The notes under the pieces: generated by a model
Databases searched by the model: none
The model's input: the letters and a program-made list of their open reading frames with translations, nothing else
Told to the model about the DNA's origin: nothing
Part shown: one piece after another, positions 56,717 to 64,000 of the stretch
Layout: the number at the start of each line of letters is the position of its first letter
How positions within the stretch are numbered: the first letter of the stretch is position 1
Made by a program: the position numbers and the translations under genes
Assembly (NCBI GenBank): GCA_964599375.1
Contig: CAZREW010000015.1
Coordinates: 10,028-74,027 of the forward strand
Direction: 5' to 3'
DNA length: 64,000 nt
Source: an uncultured bacterium
GTDB taxonomy: Bacteria > Krumholzibacteriota > Krumholzibacteriia > Krumholzibacteriales > Krumholzibacteriaceae

Positions 56717-58773
56717 CGGCCGACCCCCTTGCTGTAAAACCATTCCGGATATCTGCCGGCCAGACAGGGGATGACCGACCGGACCATGAGCAGGATTCTT
56801 CCCGCAAAAGTCTGATTGTTCAACATCAATATTTCGTCTTCCACCGCTTCGGACGGTCCGGCGGCCGGCCGGAGGCGCCACTCGCCCGATACGCCCGGCC
56901 TTAAAACGGATCTTCCCCCGGGGATCTCCACGGGCAGGGCGGGGGGTCCGATAAGAGAGAGCCGGCCCGTCAAGAGATGAAGCGCGAGCAGCGGCTTGAC
57001 CGCATCAGACGCCTCGCGTCCGGACCTTAGAACCGCTCTCGGCCAGCGCAGGTCACTGCGCGCCCCCCTCCTCTTCTCAGTGAAGATCCTGACCCCTCCG
57101 AAGGTCCTGCCAATCGCCGCGAAGGGGAGCCAGCATAAGGCGCAGACGGGGAGGAGGAGCAGGCCTGCCGCAAGATCTATCAGCCTCTGCATCCAGCGGG
57201 TCAGGAGGAAAGACGTCCCTCTTTCAATGGTGAACATGTAAACGCCGCCAAGATTCTCCGAGCGTGTGTCGCGTCCCGTGACCCTGGCCGCGGGAGATAT
57301 GATGTTTATCCTTATCGACCTCGATACAGGGCCTGTCATTATCTTCACTATCCCGTCGTCCTTTGCCGCAGACGGCAGAATAACCATTTCCTGGACCCTG
57401 AACCTGTCTACGATCGATTGAAGGTCCTCCGGACCGCCGAGCGACCCTTCGCCCGCGCCGACCCTCCCGATTATATCGATGCCGGCCTCAGGGTGCTCCA
57501 GGGCGTTGGCCGCGAAATCGGCCGCTTCCTCCGCGTCCCCAGCGAGAAGCACCCTGCGCAGATCGAAACTAGCCATGACGAGGGCCCTGTGGGACCGCCG
57601 TATCAGCCTCCTCAGAGCCGTCACGAGGACGGCGGAAAAGACCGCGTGCCCGAGGATGACCGCGCGGGAGAAGATCCTCACCTTGGTCAGGTAAGACGCG
57701 GTCAGGAGCACTGCGAAGACTATGAGCACCGCTCTTGCGACGGCGGAGAACTCCTCGGCTGCTCCCGTGCCCCTTCGTATCCTGTAAAGCCCCGTCGAGG
57801 CAAAAGTCAGCAGGAAAAGGAAATTGTACAGTATTATGAATATCGAGTACCAGTCGAGCGGGTACAGGCGGTTCACGAACATCGGCTGAAGTGAGTTCCG
57901 CAGAAAGTACGCAGCGATGAAGCTCGCGTTGACCGCAATAAGGTCGCTCGCGACGAAGGCGAGCGATTTTATCGTCCCCCTGTTCCGCCTCAGGAAATGG
58001 AACACCGTGTTCCATTTCTCGTAATACCTCATCAGGCTGAGCATGTGCAGGAGAAACGGCCTGCTCAACACCGACTTCGCGCTGGAGCGCTCGTACAGGT
58101 GGACCATCACGGAGCCGGGATCGTACCAGACTTCCCAGCCGTGCTGCTTCATCCTGTAGCACCAGTCGGTATCCTCGAAGTACAGGAAGAACCTCTCGTC
58201 CATCAGCCCGACCTCGGCGACCGCATCACGGCGGACGATCATGCAGGCTCCTATGACCCAGTCGACCTGCCTCGCCTCGGCATGGTCGTAATCGCGCATC
58301 AGGTGCTGCCGCAGCGCCTTCGCCCGGGGAAAGATCCTGCCCAGGAACGTACGCCTGAGAAAGAGGGCCGTGATCGTATAGAACGACCTGCAGGATGGCT
58401 GAAGGGAGCCGTCAGGGAATACGAGCTTCGAGCCGGCGATTCCCGCGCCCGGCCTGTCGTCCATGAAACGCACCAGGGCGTCTATCGAGTCCTCATCGAC
58501 GATGATGTCAGGGTTCAGGATCAGGAAGTACCTTCCCGAAGAGGCGAGGAAAGCCTGGTTCACGCCCTTTGAATATCCCCTGTTGTCGTCGTTCGCGATC
58601 AGCCTTACCGACGGGAACGATCCGCGGATCATCTCGGGGGTCCCGTCGCCGCTCGCGTTGTCGACCACCAGGACTTCGTACTCGCAGCCCGGAGGATACT
58701 GCTCGAGGGAACGGAGGCATTTCCCCACCGGGGAAAGGCTGTTATGGGTGACGATGACAATAGATAGATCCAT
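56713..58773 (-). CDS. GT2 glycosyltransferase fused to 4 TM, a CoA-binding-like domain and a degenerate WcaJ-type phosphoglycosyltransferase domain
   Basis: N-terminal VVDNAS, LNPD, DWVIGACM and FLYFEDTDWC motifs. C-terminal QRLIDL...GRLSLIGP...RPGVSG lacks KFRSM and DELPQ. Confidence 0.8.
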   Translation of the reverse strand: MDLSIVIVTHNSLSPVGKCLRSLEQYPPGCEYEVLVVDNASGDGTPEMIRGSFPSVRLIANDDNRGYSKGVNQAFLASSGRYFLILNPDIIVDEDSIDALVRFMDDRPGAGIAGSKLVFPDGSLQPSCRSFYTITALFLRRTFLGRIFPRAKALRQHLMRDYDHAEARQVDWVIGACMIVRRDAVAEVGLMDERFFLYFEDTDWCYRMKQHGWEVWYDPGSVMVHLYERSSAKSVLSRPFLLHMLSLMRYYEKWNTVFHFLRRNRGTIKSLAFVASDLIAVNASFIAAYFLRNSLQPMFVNRLYPLDWYSIFIILYNFLFLLTFASTGLYRIRRGTGAAEEFSAVARAVLIVFAVLLTASYLTKVRIFSRAVILGHAVFSAVLVTALRRLIRRSHRALVMASFDLRRVLLAGDAEEAADFAANALEHPEAGIDIIGRVGAGEGSLGGPEDLQSIVDRFRVQEMVILPSAAKDDGIVKIMTGPVSRSIRINIISPAARVTGRDTRSENLGGVYMFTIERGTSFLLTRWMQRLIDLAAGLLLLPVCALCWLPFAAIGRTFGGVRIFTEKRRGARSDLRWPRAVLRSGREASDAVKPLLALHLLTGRLSLIGPPALPVEIPGGRSVLRPGVSGEWRLRPAAGPSEAVEDEILMLNNQTFAGRILLMVRSVIPCLAGRYPEWFYSKGVGR

Positions 58774-58791
58774 ACTGCTTCGATCGAGGGG

Positions 58792-59508
58792 TTATTTCCA
58801 TCGCCTGGGATTCATGAACCTCAGTCTCCAGACCATGAACATCGCTTCCCAGATGATCTTGCGCGACATCTTCGAGATGCCTACCCGCCTGTCGGTAAAG
58901 ATGATCGGTATCTCGACCATACGGAATCCCTTTTTCCAGGCGAAGAAATTCATCTCTATCTGGAACGAGTATCCGTCGCTCCTGATCGTATCGAGGGGCA
59001 GCTTTTCGAGTGTCCCGCGTCTGAAACACTTGAAGCCCCCCGTAGAGTCCTTCAGGGGAAGGCCGGTGATGATATGCGTATAGACGTTCGCCCCGTAACT
59101 GAGTATCAACCTGCTGAGAGGCCAGTTGATCACCGTTATTCCGTGAAGATACCTCGAGCCGATCACGAGGTCCCGGTCCTTCGCCGCTTCGAGAAATTCA
59201 GGGATCGCGCCCGGGTCGTGGGAGAAATCGGCGTCCATCTCGAAGATGAACTGCGCGTCGGTATTTGCCAGAGCCCATTTGAATCCAGCTATATAAGCGG
59301 ATCCCAGCCCCAGCTTTCCTTCACGGTGGATCACGTGCACTCGCGGCTCTGATCCGGCGAGCCTGTCGACGATCTCCCCTGTGCCGTCTGGAGAATTATC
59401 ATCGACGATCAGGACCTCGATACCTTCGCCCTGCGCAAGGACGGCATCGATGATATTCTCGATATTTTCCTTCTCGTTGTATGTAGGTACGACTATCAGG
59501 GCTTTCAA
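58792..59508 (-). CDS. Polyprenol-monophosphomannose synthase (Dpm1/Ppm1-like GT2)
   Basis: VPTYNEKENI, VDDNSPDGT, GLGSAY, MDADFSHDP, GSRY, DSTGGFKCFR, GYSFQIEM and FTDRRVGISKMS motifs. Confidence 0.92.
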   Translation of the reverse strand: MKALIVVPTYNEKENIENIIDAVLAQGEGIEVLIVDDNSPDGTGEIVDRLAGSEPRVHVIHREGKLGLGSAYIAGFKWALANTDAQFIFEMDADFSHDPGAIPEFLEAAKDRDLVIGSRYLHGITVINWPLSRLILSYGANVYTHIITGLPLKDSTGGFKCFRRGTLEKLPLDTIRSDGYSFQIEMNFFAWKKGFRMVEIPIIFTDRRVGISKMSRKIIWEAMFMVWRLRFMNPRRWK

Positions 59509-59512
59509 ATCT

Positions 59513-61981
59513 CTATGCCTTTCTTACAGCGGATAATGAGGCGATCACAGCCAGCGCGGCGGCGAAGACCAGTGAGGTGATCGACAGGACAAGAGACTTC
59601 CTGATCACCGGGGACCTGTATTCGAACGTTATCTCATGGTCCCCCGCCTCGAGAGGTATGGCCCTGAGGCAGTAGTTCGCCGTCAGGATCTCCCTCTCCT
59701 CCTTTCCGACAGTGGCGATCCAGTCCGGATAGTAGATCTCGCTGAGCACCATGATGCACGGTCTCTCCACATGAGCCTTTATCCCTATCGAGTTCAACCT
59801 GAATGAGACGATCTCGGCCGAGCTTCCCTCGGCCGACACCGGGACGATCCGCGGCTCCTTCTCGAGCAGCGTCACCGAGGCCGGATCGAAATCCTGCCTG
59901 CTCATCTCGGCCAGGGCCTCACTGTGCCCCATGACCCTGAAACCGCCCGTCATGTATACTCTCGGAAGCGCGTAGGGATTCTCGTAGACGTAGCTGTTTT
60001 CCGCCTGGAAGACCAGGGGGAACGGCGAATCCTCCCTGAAGAGTGGGAACATCGAATGGAAATATCTCGCGTTGAGCATGTCGAGCACGGGAAGCGGCAT
60101 GCCCCCGCCGTTGAAGACGCCGAACATGGCGTCCATCACGTCCTGGTAGTTCTTCAGCTTGGCCGCGTGGTACCCGCCCAGGGAAAACACGCCCGCCATC
60201 ATGTAGCTGTTGTCGCTGAAGGGGAAGACGTTGTGGCTCCACCCGCCCGGCCTCGCGGCTGGAACGGGAAATACCCTGAAGTAACCCTCCCTGCCGGAGA
60301 GCCACTCGATCGTCTCGGTCGGCCTGGTCAGTCCTTCCTTCTCTGAAAGAGGCTTGATAAGCCTGTAGCTGGAGGACCGCCACGTCTTCTCCGGCCTGAC
60401 GACCGACTGGTCGACAGTCATCAGGTCCGCAATACCGATCAGGGCCACCGCCCCGATGATGAGCCCGGACTTTGTCCTGCCGCGCGCCGCGAGGAATATC
60501 GCACCGACGGTCATCAGAAGGAAGGTGAATGTCCGGGCAAGGTCGCTCGCGTACCTGCCGGCGGCGAACGTTGCCCAGTCGCCCTTCACCCTCGCCCTGA
60601 CCGCCGCGTCCGCCGAGATGCCCGAGCGTATCGAGCCGCCGGCCGCGAGGACGATCAACAGAGCGGCGGCACAGGCTACCAGGACCCACCTGACTCTGCT
60701 GGGCCCGAGATATCCCGGAAGGGAGCCGTTCTCCGCCCTGCGCAGCAGCTCCTCGATGCCCATGGCCGCCAGTACGACCATCGTGAGCTGCTGGACGATC
60801 AGGACCATCACCGGCACGCGGAACTTGTCGAACCAGGGCATGAACCTGAACATGGGGCCGTAAAGCAGAGGGAAATGCCTTCCGAAGCTTATCAGCACGG
60901 CAAGCACCGCCGCCGTCAGCAGGAACCATTTCGCGCGACCTTTCACGATCAGCGCCCCTATGAGCGCGAAAAGAGCGGTCACCTGCCCGATATAGTTTGG
61001 ATAATCGGTGAACGGCATGCTTCCCCAGTATGTCGCCTTGCCGAACCCGAACGACCACGGGAACAGGAAGGTGATGATCTCCTTCGGGGCCAGGCTCCAC
61101 CCGGTGGCGTAATCATAGTCGAGCCCCCCGCCGCTTCCACCGCGGATCGACCAGTGGGCGTAGTCGCGCACCGGGAATACGAGCACGGCGGCTATCCCGA
61201 CGGCCAGTACGAAGGAGGCCGCAAGCAGGGCAGTCCCCGCGGCCGCTTCCCGTCCCCTGCCCTCCCTGAGATTCCCTGCTGTCTCGAAGACGTAATAAAG
61301 ACCGATCAGAAGGAAGGTATAATAGGAGATCTGTATGTGCCCTCGGAGCATCTGCATGCCTAGGACTATGGCGAGAAGCGCTACCGAGCTGATCCTGTCC
61401 CTGCCGCCGAGCACCCTTCTGGCGAAGAGGAGGGCCAGGGGCATCCATGCGACAGCCCCCGCCTGGGACCCGTGGCCGTTGGCGCCGGCCGCAATATAAT
61501 TGGGCATTATCATGAACAGCGCGCCCGCCATCAGGGAGATAGAAGGGCGGACGCCGAAAGACCTGGCCAGCAGATACATACCGACCCCGGCCAGGAGGTA
61601 GTGAAGCAGGAGCCAGGTCATCGCGGGGAACCCGGCGTACGTATAGAGCAGGTGCGTCAGGAAGGCTACGGGGTAGACGTACGGCGTGTAGGCAAGGCTC
61701 GAGAAACTCGGCATGCCGCAGAATATATAAGGGTTCCAGAGTGGGTAGGTCCCCTCCTCGAGGCTCGCCCTGCCGACCGTCCTGAAGCTCATCGGGGCCT
61801 TCGTGTCGGGGGCGATGAAGACGTCGTCGAGAAAGACCAGCTCGGGCACGAGGATAGCCAGCACGGCCACGAGGATCACGGCCGCCGCGATACCCCTTTT
61901 CCACCCCTTCATGGAATCGAAGCCGCCGACGGGATCGAACGCTCTACGGACCGGCCCGGCCGGCTTGCTCTTTCCAGCCAA
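59513..61981 (-). CDS. YfhO-family GT-C membrane protein
   Basis: PLWNPYIFCGMP, many TMs, RVP; C-terminal LSEIYYPDWIATV...ANYCLRAIPLEAGDHEITFEY domain. Confidence 0.85.
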   Translation of the reverse strand: MAGKSKPAGPVRRAFDPVGGFDSMKGWKRGIAAAVILVAVLAILVPELVFLDDVFIAPDTKAPMSFRTVGRASLEEGTYPLWNPYIFCGMPSFSSLAYTPYVYPVAFLTHLLYTYAGFPAMTWLLLHYLLAGVGMYLLARSFGVRPSISLMAGALFMIMPNYIAAGANGHGSQAGAVAWMPLALLFARRVLGGRDRISSVALLAIVLGMQMLRGHIQISYYTFLLIGLYYVFETAGNLREGRGREAAAGTALLAASFVLAVGIAAVLVFPVRDYAHWSIRGGSGGGLDYDYATGWSLAPKEIITFLFPWSFGFGKATYWGSMPFTDYPNYIGQVTALFALIGALIVKGRAKWFLLTAAVLAVLISFGRHFPLLYGPMFRFMPWFDKFRVPVMVLIVQQLTMVVLAAMGIEELLRRAENGSLPGYLGPSRVRWVLVACAAALLIVLAAGGSIRSGISADAAVRARVKGDWATFAAGRYASDLARTFTFLLMTVGAIFLAARGRTKSGLIIGAVALIGIADLMTVDQSVVRPEKTWRSSSYRLIKPLSEKEGLTRPTETIEWLSGREGYFRVFPVPAARPGGWSHNVFPFSDNSYMMAGVFSLGGYHAAKLKNYQDVMDAMFGVFNGGGMPLPVLDMLNARYFHSMFPLFREDSPFPLVFQAENSYVYENPYALPRVYMTGGFRVMGHSEALAEMSRQDFDPASVTLLEKEPRIVPVSAEGSSAEIVSFRLNSIGIKAHVERPCIMVLSEIYYPDWIATVGKEEREILTANYCLRAIPLEAGDHEITFEYRSPVIRKSLVLSITSLVFAAALAVIASLSAVRKA

Positions 61982-62054
61982 TAAACTCTCCTCTATCGAT
62001 ACAGGGGCATGCTACCTTACTGATTGTATCATTATCACATCAGCCCATAAAAGG

Positions 62055-62963
62055 TCAAAATCCGCTCTCCCGCTCATCCTTCCGCGCCCCGAGAACCCTG
62101 GCCGCCCCCCTCATCGCCGCGGCGAGGAGCCTCCATCTCCCGGTCAGAAGAAGCCCCAGCGCCAGCCCCAGGAATCCCACCGCGTGGACCGGCAGCAGGA
62201 TGACCCTCCACCACAGCGGCCTGTGCCTGACCAGCAGCTTCCACGTGCTCGCTATCCTGTTTTCCAGCTTGAAGGGAGTCATCCCGCCTCCGCTGCTGGA
62301 ACTGACTTTGTGCCATACCTTTGCGGCCGGAACATACTTCAGCGTCCAGCCCGCTTCAGCCGCCCTGAGACAGAGATCGACGTCCTCGCAATAGATCCTG
62401 TACGAGGGATCAAGGCCCCCCGTCTGCTCGAAGACCTCCCGCCTGGCCATCAGCGCGCATCCTGTCACCCAGCCTGTCGGCCCCGGCTTCTCTTCGAACG
62501 AACCCTCGATCCTGCGCAGGCCGCGGTGAAAGGGCACGCCCGTGAGCCAGTTAAACCCGCCTCCGCCGTACCAGATCCTCTCCGGATCGTCGTAATAGAA
62601 TATCTTCGGACCAGCTATCCCGGTCCGCGGGTCATCGAAGGCTCCGAGCATCTCTGCCACGAACCGGGGATCGACCTCAGTATCGTTGTTCAGCAGGAGG
62701 ATGAACTCAGCGCCCCTCTCGAGGGCAGCCCTAATGCCGACGTTGTTCCCGGCGGCGAAGAGGAGGTTCCTGCCGTTCTCTATAAGCTCGACTCCCTTAA
62801 ACTCACGCCGGACCGTCTCAGGCGAGGAATCTGTAGAACCGTTATCGACTACTATTATCTCTAAGGCGGGCTCGCTGACGCGCGAGAGGGATTCGAGGCA
62901 GGGCTTGAGCACCGCTTCGCCGTTCCAGTTGAGTATGATGACGAATATCCTTCCAGGGTCCAT
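62055..62963 (-). CDS. GT2 glycosyltransferase (WbbL/RfbF-like)
   Basis: ILNWNG, VDNGSTD, LLLNND, WVTGCALM, YCEDVDLC and KVWHKVS motifs. Start set at MDPGR (62963). Confidence 0.9.
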   Translation of the reverse strand: MDPGRIFVIILNWNGEAVLKPCLESLSRVSEPALEIIVVDNGSTDSSPETVRREFKGVELIENGRNLLFAAGNNVGIRAALERGAEFILLLNNDTEVDPRFVAEMLGAFDDPRTGIAGPKIFYYDDPERIWYGGGGFNWLTGVPFHRGLRRIEGSFEEKPGPTGWVTGCALMARREVFEQTGGLDPSYRIYCEDVDLCLRAAEAGWTLKYVPAAKVWHKVSSSSGGGMTPFKLENRIASTWKLLVRHRPLWWRVILLPVHAVGFLGLALGLLLTGRWRLLAAAMRGAARVLGARKDERESGF

Positions 62964-62964
62964 C

Positions 62965-64000
62965 TCAATCTCTCCGGGAGGCTGCCGTGTAAAGGTCAAC
63001 GACTGTGTCAGCGAGGGATGACCAGGAGAAACGCTTCTTCTCCTCTTCGAACATGGGAGCCATCCTCTCTCCCCATCCCTCTTCGAAGAACTTCGCCACG
63101 GCGCCCGCCATCGCCGCTGGATCGGCTGGAGGGACCAGGAATCCCGTCCTGCCCTCCGAGACGACCTCGGGCAGTCCTCCCACCCGGGTCGCTATCATGG
63201 GCCGGTCGAACGCCACCGCTACCTGGGCGATCGCGCTCTGCGTCGCGGAGATATAAGGGAGCATGACCAGGTCTGCGGCATTGAAGTAGTCGGCGACCTC
63301 CTCGTTTGCCACGTACCTGTCGATGAACACGATCATGTCGGAGACTCCCAGTTCGCGCGCCAGGTCGAAGTAAGGCGTGCTGTCCTCGTAGAACTCGCCG
63401 ACGACCAGGAGCCTCGCTCCCGTCCGCTTCACGATCTCCGGCATCGCCTCTATGAGGTAGGCTAGCCCCTTGTAAGGGCGTATCAGGCCGAAAAAGAGCA
63501 GGAGCGGGCCCGCGCCCTCTCCGATCCTGGAGCGCGCCTGTTCCCCGGTCATCTCCACGCTCCTGAAAAAATCGAAGATCGGAAGCGGATGCGAAGCGAC
63601 ATTCGCCTTCTTCCTTATCCTCAGCAGGTTGGTCCTGTCCTCGTCAGACTGTACGACGAACGCGTGCGGCGCGAGAAAAGCGATCGATGACAGGGCCCTG
63701 TCGACCGGCGACGTCTCGTGCGGAACGACGTTGTGACAGATAAAGATGATCTTCGTGCGGCTCAGCAGCCTCAGAAGAGCGCATATCGTCACAAGCGCCG
63801 GCGCGAAGTAGGGGTGCCACCACTGCACGACCGTGATGTCCGGCTTCATCCTTGCGATCCTGAATCCCGCTCTTATCCAGGAGAACGGGTTTATCGAGTC
63901 GATCAACCTCGCGGACTCGACCCTGTGCTCCGAACCGCTCTCATCGTACTGGGTCTTTCCCGGGAACAGGAAACCTGGATAGAGCCTCGAATAATTTACG
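62965..64000 (-). CDS. GT4 glycosyltransferase, 5'-truncated by the window edge
   Basis: Frame is open to position 64000 (…NYSRLYPGFLFPGKTQ…DSINP); FFGLIRPYKGL, PYISATQS and ATRVGGLPE motifs. Confidence 0.9.
   Translation of the reverse strand, partial: VNYSRLYPGFLFPGKTQYDESGSEHRVESARLIDSINPFSWIRAGFRIARMKPDITVVQWWHPYFAPALVTICALLRLLSRTKIIFICHNVVPHETSPVDRALSSIAFLAPHAFVVQSDEDRTNLLRIRKKANVASHPLPIFDFFRSVEMTGEQARSRIGEGAGPLLLFFGLIRPYKGLAYLIEAMPEIVKRTGARLLVVGEFYEDSTPYFDLARELGVSDMIVFIDRYVANEEVADYFNAADLVMLPYISATQSAIAQVAVAFDRPMIATRVGGLPEVVSEGRTGFLVPPADPAAMAGAVAKFFEEGWGERMAPMFEEEKKRFSWSSLADTVVDLYTAASRRD

Overview
GC-rich, mostly minus-strand chromosomal window from a diderm bacterium. The evidence for a diderm is meso-DAP-type MurE, beta-barrel proteins ending in Phe and a protein with a T9SS-type C-terminal domain. 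My inference is an FCB-related lineage such as Krumholzibacteriota, Latescibacterota or Eisenbacteria; this is not proven. Contents in order: groES-groEL with a CIRCE operator; a housekeeping run (TPR, wzi-like, DGGGP-synthase-like UbiA, uppP, valS, rodZ, uvrB, nadC, birA, coaX); an accessory signalling and lipid block at about 14.8-23.5 kb; recG, rpmB, a radical SAM gene and a TPR gene; a dcw cluster (mraZ to ftsZ) with a STAS gene inserted between mraZ and rsmH; and a tightly coupled glycan-biosynthesis operon of more than 17 kb that runs off the right edge. I found no tRNA, rRNA, CRISPR array or mobile element. The best candidate for an undescribed system is a dispersed Myxococcus-like polarity switch. 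It comprises an orphan MglA GTPase with a long acidic tail and a zinc-ribbon protein whose C-terminus looks like RomX (part of the MglA GEF), with a receiver protein and TPR proteins nearby. Other strong leads are a patA-pimA-like glycolipid operon with an MFS flippase candidate, a PorZ-like T9SS protein inside the glycan operon, and the dcw-embedded STAS protein. All family assignments come from motif recognition by eye; no database searches were run.
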